Assembly (NCBI GenBank): GCA_903899845.1
Contig: CAIUKV010000251.1
Span: 82,026 to 146,025 of the forward strand
Origin: an uncultured Actinomycetes bacterium
GTDB lineage: Bacteria; Actinomycetota; Acidimicrobiia; IMCC26256; PALSA-555
Length of the DNA: 64,000 bases
Direction: 5' to 3'
Shown piece by piece: positions 8,947-17,441 of the stretch. How positions within the stretch are numbered: position 1 is the stretch's first letter; each line of letters starts with the position of its first letter. Made by a program: the position numbers and the translations under genes. Below the pieces are notes generated by a model. That model ran no database searches. It saw nothing but the letters and a program-made list of their open reading frames with translations, and had not been told where the DNA came from.

Positions 8947-9947
8947 CGGTGCCTCCGTTCGGCCTCGGCGACGAGGGCGTCGCGCTCGCGCAGCAGGTCG
9001 TCGACGCGCTGGTCGACCCGCAGCCACTGCGCGTCGAGCCAGGCGATCTGGTCCGTGGGGTCGGTCGGGACCTCGGCGCGGGGGATGCGCTCGCAGTCGA
9101 GCAGGACCGGTGCGGTCCCCGGGATCGCGGTGAGGATGCCCCGGAACGAGTCGAGGCCCTCGAATCCGGCGTGGGCCATGAGGACCACGTCGGCCTCGGG
9201 GGCCCCGGCGAGCACGGCGAGCGTGCCCGCCGGACGCGGGGGGTTGCAGTGCCGCAGCCCGGCGAAGCGGGCGGCGCGCTCGGGGCTGCGCTCGGCGAGG
9301 CGGGCCAGGGCCCGGGCCTGCTTGGTCGGGTTGGCCCGGGTCCCCTCGGGGAAGATCACGATGCACTCGTCGGGGTCGCGCACCTCGCGGGCCAGGACCT
9401 CGATCGCGGCGAGCTCGGGACCTGCGTCGGCGGCGCTGCGATCGAGGAAGTGGTTGCGCAGCCGGTTGCCGACGATGTCGAGGCAGGGGTCCAGGAGCAG
9501 CTCGCGCTTGAGCACGTAGCGCGGCTCGAGCCCGGGCCGGGTCACGAACCACGCCGAGAGCAGGGCGTCGGCGAGGCTGGCGTGACGGGGCAGCACGATC
9601 ACCGGGCCGGGGACGAGCACGTCGAGGTTCCGCGCCTGCAGGGTCAACCGGCAGGTCCGGCGCAGTCCCACGACCAGCCCGTTGGCCCACCAGCGCTGCA
9701 GTCGGTAGTGGGGCCCGAGGTCGCGGGCCCGGCCGGTCACGAGCAGCCACCCGGCGACCAGCATCCCGATGGTCTCCAGCCACGCCCACCAGGTCGCGAA
9801 GGCCAGCAGGCGCACGTGGGCCCAGCGCCACCGGGCCCGCAGGCAGTCCCAGAGCGCGGCGGCCGGGATCCAGACGGGGCTCAGCACCACCAGGGCGAGG
9901 GCGAGCAGGGCGAGCGCGGGGACGCTGACGATCCGGCGGAGGACCAC
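8943..9947 (-). CDS. PlsC-family lysophospholipid/1-acylglycerol-3-phosphate acyltransferase
   Basis: N-terminal TM segments. VLPRHASLADA (H-x4-D-like block) and IFPEGTR motif. Confidence 0.8.
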   Translation of the reverse strand: MVLRRIVSVPALALLALALVVLSPVWIPAAALWDCLRARWRWAHVRLLAFATWWAWLETIGMLVAGWLLVTGRARDLGPHYRLQRWWANGLVVGLRRTCRLTLQARNLDVLVPGPVIVLPRHASLADALLSAWFVTRPGLEPRYVLKRELLLDPCLDIVGNRLRNHFLDRSAADAGPELAAIEVLAREVRDPDECIVIFPEGTRANPTKQARALARLAERSPERAARFAGLRHCNPPRPAGTLAVLAGAPEADVVLMAHAGFEGLDSFRGILTAIPGTAPVLLDCERIPRAEVPTDPTDQIAWLDAQWLRVDQRVDDLLRERDALVAEAERRHR

Positions 9948-9950
9948 GGG

Positions 9951-10622
9951 TCAGCCGCCCGCCCGGTCGGGGCCGAGGAGCTCGGCGGCGTGGACCTTGA
10001 AGCGTTCGACGTCGACCAGGATCATCAGGGCCTCGGCGGTGGCGAGGACGCGCTCGCCGAGGCGGGCCTCCCCCTGGACCTGGAGCTTGCGCCCCTCCTG
10101 GGGCCCGGTCGTCAGGCGGAACGCGATCTCCGGGCCCACCGGGACCGGCGCCCGGTAGTGCACGGTGAGCCGCCCGGTGAACCCGATCCCCTCGACCGCC
10201 GCCATCGCGGTGCCGAGGAGGTCGTCGAACACCGCGGCGACGATGCCGCCGTGGGCCCGGCCCGGGGCCCCCTCGAACGCCGGACCGAACACCACCTCGG
10301 CCTCGACGACCCCGTCGACGATCCGGCTGGTGAAGCCGACGCTCGTGGGGTTGGCCGGCCCGGCCACCGCCCGGTCGGCCATCACCTCCACCCCGGAGCG
10401 CTCGCGGTCGCGCCGGAAGCGGGCGAGGCGCTCGGGGTCGAACGGGGCCCGCGGCAGGTGCGGCACCTCGGCGAGGAGGGCGTTGGCCCGGGTCAGCAGT
10501 TCGGCGACCGCGGCGAAGGTCGTGTCGTCGGCGTCGGCGGCGACGAGCGCGTGGCCGAGCCGCCGGGCCTCGGAGGCGGCGGCGAGGCGCGTGGGCGTGA
10601 CCGGTCGGCGGTACTCGGTCAC
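9951..10622 (-). CDS. PaaI/hotdog-fold thioesterase
   Basis: GRAHGGIVAAVFDDLLG core. GTG 10622 overlaps the upstream stop (GTGA). Confidence 0.75.
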   Translation of the reverse strand: MTEYRRPVTPTRLAAASEARRLGHALVAADADDTTFAAVAELLTRANALLAEVPHLPRAPFDPERLARFRRDRERSGVEVMADRAVAGPANPTSVGFTSRIVDGVVEAEVVFGPAFEGAPGRAHGGIVAAVFDDLLGTAMAAVEGIGFTGRLTVHYRAPVPVGPEIAFRLTTGPQEGRKLQVQGEARLGERVLATAEALMILVDVERFKVHAAELLGPDRAGG

Positions 10623-11740
10623 GCGGGGACGCCGTCCCAGTAGGTCCCGGCGAGCATCGCCTCGAGCGCCGGGCGGTGGGTCACCAGGTCGTCGAGGGAC
10701 GCGGGCATCGTCGCCTCGCCGAAGTGCACGGACCGCAGGCCCACCCGGGTCATGATCACGGCGTGGCGCACGGCCGCATAGGTCGTGAACCAGTCGAGGT
10801 CGCGCAGGGTGCGTCCGGTCCGGGCCTCGTAGGCGCCCACGACGTCGCGGCGCCGGAGGAAGTCGGGCAGGCCCGGCAGACCGAACTGCACGGCGAGGTC
10901 GTCGAAGAACCGGTGCAGGAAGATGGTCCAGCTCACGTCGAGCTCGGGTGGACCGAGCGCGGCCATCTCCCAGTCGAGCACCGCCACCGGCGTGAAGTCG
11001 GCGAACAGGATGTTGCCGATGCGCGCGTCGCCCCAGGACAGGACCGTGTCGAAGGGCCCGGTCGGCCAGTGCGCCTCGAGCCAGGCGAACCCGGCCTCGA
11101 CGAGCCGGCCGGTGCGGCCGTCGAGCACCCAGTCGGCGAAGGCCCGCTGCCCGTCGACGTGGGCCCGCAGCGCGTCGCGACCGGGGTCGAGCCACGGGAA
11201 CGCGGCCCGGGCGTCGGGGACGGCGTGCAGCCCGGCCAGCACGCCGACCACGTGGTCCTGGAGCCGGGCCCGGTCGGCGGCGGCGGCCTCGGCCAGCCAG
11301 CCGGTCCCGAACGTGTACGGCGGGATGTCGGCGGGAACCACGCCGTCGACCCGACGCATCACGAGGAACTCGGTCCCGAGCCACGCCGGGTCGGCCTCGT
11401 GCGCGACGAGCGGCGGCACGGGCACCGGTGACCGGGCTGCGACCTCGGCCATCGTGCGGTACTGGTGGTCGAGCGCGTAGTCGGGGAACAGCGGCATGGC
11501 GTCGGGGTCGGGGGCGAGGCGGGCGACGTGGGGCGCTGCGACCCCGTCGGGCCCGGTCACGGTGAACAGCACCGTGTCGCTCGACATCCCGGTGCCCTCG
11601 GGGGCGTGGACGTCCCCGACCGTGACGGCGCCGCCGGTCCGGGCCACGAACCACGCCTCGAGCCGGGCCCGCACCTCGGCGGGGTCCCGGGTGCTGACCC
11701 GGGGTCGGGTCATCTCGGAGGGATCGGGGTCCGCGGCCAC
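10619..11740 (-). CDS. Phosphotransferase (APH/choline-kinase-like) family protein
   Basis: LSWGDARIGNILF...VLDWEMAALGPPELD (Brenner and DxD-like kinase motifs). TAGCGT-N6-GTG start context. Confidence 0.8.
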   Translation of the reverse strand: MAADPDPSEMTRPRVSTRDPAEVRARLEAWFVARTGGAVTVGDVHAPEGTGMSSDTVLFTVTGPDGVAAPHVARLAPDPDAMPLFPDYALDHQYRTMAEVAARSPVPVPPLVAHEADPAWLGTEFLVMRRVDGVVPADIPPYTFGTGWLAEAAAADRARLQDHVVGVLAGLHAVPDARAAFPWLDPGRDALRAHVDGQRAFADWVLDGRTGRLVEAGFAWLEAHWPTGPFDTVLSWGDARIGNILFADFTPVAVLDWEMAALGPPELDVSWTIFLHRFFDDLAVQFGLPGLPDFLRRRDVVGAYEARTGRTLRDLDWFTTYAAVRHAVIMTRVGLRSVHFGEATMPASLDDLVTHRPALEAMLAGTYWDGVPA

Positions 11741-11746
11741 GCCGGA

Positions 11747-11752
11747 ACGCTA
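11747..11752 (-). promoter_or_regulatory. -10-like TAGCGT, 6 nt before GTG 11740. Its TAG is the stop codon of the upstream gene.
   Basis: Read on the minus strand: TAGCGT tccggc GTG. Confidence 0.4.
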
Positions 11753-12517
11753 GCCCTCGGCCGGGTCGGGCCCGGCGGCCCGGTCCGGCGTCCGGGCCAT
11801 CAGCTCCGCGGCCAGGGCGACCTCGAGCACCCCCACCGCGGCGAGCAGCGTGCCCGCCAGGACCCACTCGACCGCGGCGTGCAGGAGCAGGCCCACGCCG
11901 TGCGCCGCCTCACGCACCGACTCCGACACCACCGCCTCGATCCACCACGGCACCACGACCAGACCGAGGACGAGGGGCCAGTGCGGCCGGGAGATCCGGG
12001 CCGTCCGCCGGAGGGCGTCGAGCGGCCGCCGGCGCTCGTGCACCACGACCGGACCCACCAACCCGAACAGGATCCCCACCACGATGCCGGGGACCACGGC
12101 TGCGGCGAGACCGACCACCAGCGCGAGCACGAGCAGCACGTCGACGACCACCAGCGCCCCCCAGGGCAGGGTGCGCAGCACGGTGCCGAGCGTGTGCGGA
12201 CGCCTCCGGAAGTAGTCGTCGCCGACCGCGAGGTCGAGGTAGCCCGCGAAGGCCACCACCCCGAGGGTCCAGGCCAGGTTGGCCCCGACGACCACCAGCG
12301 CGGCGAGCGCGACCCGCACGGGCAACGCCTCGTCGGGGGTCGGGCGGAACTCCTCGGCGGCGAACCAGACCAGGGCCGCGGGCACGAAGAACGCGGCCGC
12401 GGCCGCGGCGATGCGCCCACGGCGCCCTCGGGTCATGGCCCACGCGTGGCGCCCCACCAGGCGGGCGGTCAGCGGCCCGGTCCCCGGCGGCGCCGACACG
12501 TGGTCGGACCGGCCCAT
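11750..12517 (-). CDS. Hypothetical polytopic membrane protein
   Basis: Several hydrophobic spans (VVVGANLAWTLGVVAF, VVVDVLLVLALVVGLAAAVVPGIVVGILFGLV). TGATG junction with the upstream LLM gene. No family recognised. Confidence 0.6.
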   Translation of the reverse strand: MGRSDHVSAPPGTGPLTARLVGRHAWAMTRGRRGRIAAAAAAFFVPAALVWFAAEEFRPTPDEALPVRVALAALVVVGANLAWTLGVVAFAGYLDLAVGDDYFRRRPHTLGTVLRTLPWGALVVVDVLLVLALVVGLAAAVVPGIVVGILFGLVGPVVVHERRRPLDALRRTARISRPHWPLVLGLVVVPWWIEAVVSESVREAAHGVGLLLHAAVEWVLAGTLLAAVGVLEVALAAELMARTPDRAAGPDPAEG

Positions 12518-13341
12518 CAGGGCAGTCCGACGATCCCGGCCAGGAGGTCCATCGAGCGCAGCCAGTCGTCGGCCGTGGTCCGCCAGGGCGCGGCGACCAC
12601 GTGCTGGATCCCGGCGGCGGCGAACTCGTCGTGCTCACGCCGGATCACGTCGGGGTCCATGCCCTGGGGGTCCCAGCCCGTGCGCAGCGACAGCACGAAG
12701 TCGGATCCGGGCCGGTCGCGTCGCAGGCGCGCCACGTGGCCGGCGGCCTGCTCGGGCGTGAGACCGATGAGGTGGAACCCGTCGCCACGCGTGACGCCCC
12801 GCCGGAACGCCGCCTCGCTGCCGCCGCCCACCCAGATGGGGATCGTCCGGCCGGGCCGGGGCACGACCCGGATGTCGGTGAACCGGTAGTGGACGCCCGC
12901 GTACGACGCCGGGTCGTCGGTCCAGCACCGGCGCAGCACGTCGATCCCCTCGTCGAGCCGGGCGCCCCGGGAGGCGAAGTCGCTGCCCACCGCCTCGTAC
13001 TCCCCCGCCGACCAGCCCGCCCCGACCGCCACGGTGAGGCGCCCCCCGCTCATCACGTCGAGGCTGGCCAGGGCCTTGGCCGTCCAGACCGGCTCGTGGA
13101 GCGGCAGGACGAGCACACTGGTCCCGAGGCCGATCCGTGTGGTGACCGACGCGGCCCAGGCGAGGGTCACGAACGGGTCCAGCAGGTACGGCGAGGGGTA
13201 CGTCTGCTCCGCCGGATGGCACACGTGGTCGCTCACCCACACGTCGGCGAAGCCCCGCTCCTCGGCGGCGCGCGCGACGCGGTGCACGGCGTCGCCACCG
13301 AGGGCCGAGCCGTACTGGGGCAGGTGGATCCCGATCCGCAT
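12517..13341 (-). CDS. LLM-class F420/flavin-dependent oxidoreductase (short, 274 aa)
   Basis: MRIGIHLPQ...GFADVWVSDH...SLDVMSGGRLTVAVGAGW. GGGAGG SD sequence 8 nt before ATG. Confidence 0.85.
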   Translation of the reverse strand: MRIGIHLPQYGSALGGDAVHRVARAAEERGFADVWVSDHVCHPAEQTYPSPYLLDPFVTLAWAASVTTRIGLGTSVLVLPLHEPVWTAKALASLDVMSGGRLTVAVGAGWSAGEYEAVGSDFASRGARLDEGIDVLRRCWTDDPASYAGVHYRFTDIRVVPRPGRTIPIWVGGGSEAAFRRGVTRGDGFHLIGLTPEQAAGHVARLRRDRPGSDFVLSLRTGWDPQGMDPDVIRREHDEFAAAGIQHVVAAPWRTTADDWLRSMDLLAGIVGLP

Positions 13342-13345
13342 CGCG

Positions 13346-14383
13346 TCAGCCTCCCGTCGGTGCGGGCACCACGTTCACGAGGTCGTCACCGGCCAGCCAG
13401 CGGGCCACGTTGTCCACCCACAGCCGGTGGAGGCGGCCCGCCATCGACGGCGGGTGCGTGGAGCAGTGCGGGGAGATCGAAAGGTTCGGCGCGTCCCAGA
13501 GGGGGTGGTTGGCCGGGAGCGGCTCCTGGCTCGCGACGTCGATGGCCGCGCCGCGCAGGTGGCCCCGGGTCAGCGCGTCGACGAGGGCGGCCTCGTCGAC
13601 CAGCGTGCCCCGACCCACGTTGACGAAGAACGATCCCGGGGCCATGGCCGCGAAGGCGGCGGCGTCCATCCACCCGATGGTGTCGGGCGTCTCGGGGACC
13701 GCGGCGACCACGGTGTCGCAGCGCCCGAGGAGCGCGTGGAGCCCGTCCGGGGGCACGCACTCGGCGATGCCGGGCGGCGGCGCACCCTCGCCCGCCCGGC
13801 GGCGGCACACCAGCAGCGTCACCCCGAACGGGGCGAGCCGGGCCGCCACCGCCTGGTTGATCGCGCCGTAGCCCAGCAGCCCGACCGCGGCTCCTTCGAG
13901 CTCGGGCCCGAAGCGGGGCTCCCAGGCGTGGCGGCGCTGGCTCTCGCGCAGGGCGGCGAACGCCTTGCGCTCCTCGAGGATGCGGCCGACCACGAACTCG
14001 GCGATTCCCACGGCGTTGGTCCCCGCGCCCGAGGTGCACACGATCCCGGCCTCGGCGAGCCCGGCGGACTCGAGCTGCGCGGTCCCGGCCCCCACGCCCT
14101 GGACCCAGGCCAGGTTCGGGGCCAGCGTGGCCACGTCGAAGGGCAGGTCGATGGCGATCACGGCGTGGACCCGGGCGAAGCCGGCCGCCTGCTCGTCGGT
14201 CAGGGGCGCCGGATCGGAACGGGCCGCGGCCGCGCCCGCCGGGCTGCCGCGCCGGGTTCGGCGCTGCTGGCCCTCCTCGTAGACGAACTCCACGACCTCG
14301 ATGCGCGGGTCGAGCGCAGCCACCTCGGCGGCCACGCGCGCGCTGGCCTCGGGGCCGCCGAACCACGCGGGCGGGTAGCACAT
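13346..14383 (-). CDS. D-isomer-specific 2-hydroxyacid dehydrogenase family protein
   Basis: VGLLGYGAINQAVA (NAD fold), FFVNVGRGTLVDE, AAIDVASQEPLP, ISPHCS. Start ATG 14383 (GTG 14392 also possible). Confidence 0.8.
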   Translation of the reverse strand: MCYPPAWFGGPEASARVAAEVAALDPRIEVVEFVYEEGQQRRTRRGSPAGAAAARSDPAPLTDEQAAGFARVHAVIAIDLPFDVATLAPNLAWVQGVGAGTAQLESAGLAEAGIVCTSGAGTNAVGIAEFVVGRILEERKAFAALRESQRRHAWEPRFGPELEGAAVGLLGYGAINQAVAARLAPFGVTLLVCRRRAGEGAPPPGIAECVPPDGLHALLGRCDTVVAAVPETPDTIGWMDAAAFAAMAPGSFFVNVGRGTLVDEAALVDALTRGHLRGAAIDVASQEPLPANHPLWDAPNLSISPHCSTHPPSMAGRLHRLWVDNVARWLAGDDLVNVVPAPTGG

Positions 14384-14427
14384 CCCGAGCACGATCGGCC
14401 CGGTGGTGGGGGGACGGCGCACCGGGG

Positions 14428-14817
14428 TCAGCGGTCGATGTCGGGCTCGTCGGCCGTGAAGTAGCCCCGCTGGAGGTACACCTCCACCCGACGGATCAGA
14501 CCGTCGGGCCCGAGGTCGCAGACGATGGCCTCGTCGGTGCGCCGGGGTCGTCCGCCGACCTCCATGGTCTCCGACAGCTGGGCCACCGCCCGCTCGCCGT
14601 CGGACCAGACCCGCTGGAGGTCGAGGCGGTAGCCCTCGAGCGCGCCGATGGTGGTGGCGAGGAAGTCGCGGTAGTCCGCGCGCCCGACCTCGACGTCGCG
14701 GAACGGGCCGACCCGCACCACGTCGACGGCGAGGCACTCGGCCATGGCGTCCCACTCGCCGGCCGCCATCGCGGTGAAGAACCGGGTCACCGTGGCCCGG
14801 GCCACCTCGCGGTCCAC
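14428..14817 (-). CDS. SnoaL-like / NTF2-fold protein
   Basis: VTRFFTAMAAGEWDAMAECLAVDVV... is a typical SnoaL_2 N-terminus. GTG start 2 nt after the upstream stop. Confidence 0.7.
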   Translation of the reverse strand: MDREVARATVTRFFTAMAAGEWDAMAECLAVDVVRVGPFRDVEVGRADYRDFLATTIGALEGYRLDLQRVWSDGERAVAQLSETMEVGGRPRRTDEAIVCDLGPDGLIRRVEVYLQRGYFTADEPDIDR

Positions 14818-14819
14818 GC

Positions 14820-15992
14820 TCAGACCGGGGCCGGCAGCGGGATCCCGTACAGCTCGGCCGCGTTGTCCTGGAACATCCGTCGCACGGTGTCGTCGTCGAG
14901 CCCGGCGACCGCCTCGCCCGCCCGCTCGAGCGGGTCGGGGTACAGGCAGGTGGGGTGCGGGTAGTCGGTCTCGAACAACAGCCGGTCGGCCCCGAGTGCC
15001 TCCACGACCGCGCCGAGGCCGCGGTTCTCGAACCAGAAGCAGCCGTACACCTGGCGTCGGAAGTACTGCGACGGCAGCATCGACAGCTCGTCGACGGCCT
15101 GCGGCGCGCTCTCGTAGAGCTGGTAGTCGAGCGACTCGAGGAAGAACGGGATCCAGCCGACGCCGCTCTCCACCGACACGAAGCGCACGGTCGGGAAGCG
15201 CTCGAACACCCCGGAGAAGACGAGGTTGGCCAGGATGCGCGCGTTCGACAGGTACATCATCGCCGAGCCGATCGCGAGCTTGCGCTCGTCGTCGTGCGAG
15301 GGCCACGGCGACGTGCCGAACCAGGTCAGCGAGGTGTCGCTCGCCCCGATGTGGAAGTTCACCGGCATGTCGTGCTCGGCGCAGGCCGCCCAGAACGGGT
15401 CCCACGCGGGCTCACCGAGGTCGGGCATCCCCCGGAGGTGCGGGTCGCTGCACATGTTCACCCCGCGCAGGCCGTTGGCGGCAGCCCGGCCGACCTCGGC
15501 GATCGAGGCGTCGAGGTCCCACCACGGCATCAGGGCCATCGGCAGCAGGCGGCCACCGGACTCCTCCTGGATCTCCACCATCGCGTCGTTGTAGAGCGTG
15601 GCGCAGAGGCGGCGGAGCTCGAGGTCCTCGATCTCGCCGAACTTCTGGGCCCCGAAGCCCGCGGTGTTCGGGTAGAGGATCTGGGCGTAGATGCCCTGCC
15701 CGTCCATGACCGCGAGCCGGGCCTCCATGTCGTAGGAGGACTCGTCGATCTCGTCGGGCGCCCACTGCATGAACCCGAAGCCGGGGGCCTTCACACCGTT
15801 GCGCCGGATCACGCTCGAGCCCATGGCCCGGCCGATGGGGACACCGTCGACCACCCACTGCAGCGCGCCGTTGACCTCGACCGCCCGGGGCACCCGGTCC
15901 GCGTAGGCGGCCGGGGCGTTCCGGGTCCAGAGGTCGAGCGGCTCGGTGATGTGGGCGTCGACGTCGATGATCTGCAGCGCGCGGAGGTCCAT
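14820..15992 (-). CDS. Amidohydrolase_2 (PF04909, ACMSD-like) family metal-dependent hydrolase/decarboxylase
   Basis: IIDVDAHITEP...NFHIG...LFETDYPHP. Leaderless-type start (TAACCT-N7-ATG). Confidence 0.85.
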   Translation of the reverse strand: MDLRALQIIDVDAHITEPLDLWTRNAPAAYADRVPRAVEVNGALQWVVDGVPIGRAMGSSVIRRNGVKAPGFGFMQWAPDEIDESSYDMEARLAVMDGQGIYAQILYPNTAGFGAQKFGEIEDLELRRLCATLYNDAMVEIQEESGGRLLPMALMPWWDLDASIAEVGRAAANGLRGVNMCSDPHLRGMPDLGEPAWDPFWAACAEHDMPVNFHIGASDTSLTWFGTSPWPSHDDERKLAIGSAMMYLSNARILANLVFSGVFERFPTVRFVSVESGVGWIPFFLESLDYQLYESAPQAVDELSMLPSQYFRRQVYGCFWFENRGLGAVVEALGADRLLFETDYPHPTCLYPDPLERAGEAVAGLDDDTVRRMFQDNAAELYGIPLPAPV

Positions 15993-15998
15993 GGCCCC

Positions 15999-16005
15999 TA
16001 GGTTA
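15999..16005. promoter_or_regulatory. Overlapping divergent -10 boxes: TAGGTT (+, N6, ATG 16011) and TAACCT (-, N7, ATG 15992)
   Basis: Only 18 bp separate the two start codons. Each strand presents TANNNT at leaderless spacing. Confidence 0.55.
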
Positions 16006-16010
16006 CGCAC

Positions 16011-17435
16011 ATGGCGACCCTCCCCATGGGTGACCTCCTGGCCCACTGGGCCGACCGCGCCCCGGACCGGGTCGCGGTCGTGTTCGGCGACGAGACCCTG
16101 ACCTTCGCGGCGCTCGACGCCCGGGCCGACCGGCTGGCCCACCGCTTCCGGGCCCGGGGGGTCGGGGTCGGCGACCTGGTGACCGTCGCCCTGCCCAACT
16201 CGGTGGAGTTCTTCGCCGCCTGCTTCGCGGTCTGGAAGCTCGGCGCCGTCCCCCAGCCGCTCCCCCACCGACTGCCCCCGGCCGAGCAGGCCGCGTTGAT
16301 CGCGCTGGCGGCTCCGGCGCTCGTGGTCGACGCCGACCTCGCATCGGACCCCGGCGGGGCCGTCGATCCCGTCCCCGCCGTGGTGGGGCCGTCGTTCAAG
16401 GCGATGGCGTCCGGAGGCTCGACCGGGCGGCCCAAGCTGATCGTCGCGACGCAGCCGGCCGAGTTCGACCCCGACGTGCCCGCCGTGCAGATGGCACACG
16501 GCGACGTGCAGCTCGTCGCCGGACCGCTGTACCACAACGGCCCCTTCGGCTTCTCCATGATGGGGCTGTTCGCGGGGAGCACCCTCGTGGTGATGCCGCG
16601 CTTCGACGCGGCCGAGGCCCTGCGCCTGATCGAGACCCACCGGGTCACGTGGCTGTTCCTCGTCCCGACGATGATGCACCGCATCTGGAACCTCCCCGAC
16701 CGCGAGGCCTTCGACGTCTCGTCGATCCGGCAGGTGTTCAGCACCGGCGCCCCCTGGCCGGTCTGGCTCAAGGAGGCCTGGATCGGCTGGCTCGGGCCCG
16801 ACCGGATCCGCGAGGGCTACGGCGGGACCGAGGGCCAGGGCGGGACCTCGATCTCGGGCGCCGAGTCGCTCGCCCGCCCCGGGTCGGTCGGGCTGCCGGC
16901 GGGCGGGAGCGCGGTGCGCGTCCTCGACGAGGACGGCCGTGACGTCCCCGTCGGCGAGGTCGGCGAGATCCACTTCATGCCCGCCACGGGACCGGGCTCC
17001 ACCTACCGCTACATCGGCGCCGAGGCCCGGGGCCACGACGGGTGGGAGACCATCGGCGACCTCGGCTACCTCGACGCCGACGGCTACCTCTATCTCGTGG
17101 ACCGCCGGACCGACATGATCGTGAGCGGCGGCGCCAACGTCTATCCGGCCGAGGTGGAGGCCGCCATCGACCGCCACGCCGGCGTCCGGTCGAGCGCGGT
17201 GATCGGCCTCCCCGACGACGACCTCGGCCGGCGCGTGCACGCCGTCGTCGACCTCCCGACGCTCGACCGCACCGACCCCGTCGCGGTCGAGGGGGCCGCG
17301 TCGGCGCTCCTGGCCGACCTGCGCACCCAGATCGCGGGTTACAAGGTCCCGCGCACCGTGGAGTTCGTGGGCGAGCCCGTGCGCGACGACGCGGGCAAGG
17401 TCCGCCGGTCGGCGTTGCGCGACGCCCGGAGCTGA
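16011..17435 (+). CDS. AMP-binding acyl-CoA ligase (SGGSTGRPK P-loop subtype)
   Basis: ASGGSTGRPK, YGGTEG, DLGYLDADGYLYLVDRRTDMIVSGGANVYPAEVE, KVRR. TAGGTT-N6-ATG. Confidence 0.85.
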   Translation: MATLPMGDLLAHWADRAPDRVAVVFGDETLTFAALDARADRLAHRFRARGVGVGDLVTVALPNSVEFFAACFAVWKLGAVPQPLPHRLPPAEQAALIALAAPALVVDADLASDPGGAVDPVPAVVGPSFKAMASGGSTGRPKLIVATQPAEFDPDVPAVQMAHGDVQLVAGPLYHNGPFGFSMMGLFAGSTLVVMPRFDAAEALRLIETHRVTWLFLVPTMMHRIWNLPDREAFDVSSIRQVFSTGAPWPVWLKEAWIGWLGPDRIREGYGGTEGQGGTSISGAESLARPGSVGLPAGGSAVRVLDEDGRDVPVGEVGEIHFMPATGPGSTYRYIGAEARGHDGWETIGDLGYLDADGYLYLVDRRTDMIVSGGANVYPAEVEAAIDRHAGVRSSAVIGLPDDDLGRRVHAVVDLPTLDRTDPVAVEGAASALLADLRTQIAGYKVPRTVEFVGEPVRDDAGKVRRSALRDARS

Positions 17436-17441
17436 CGTGGC

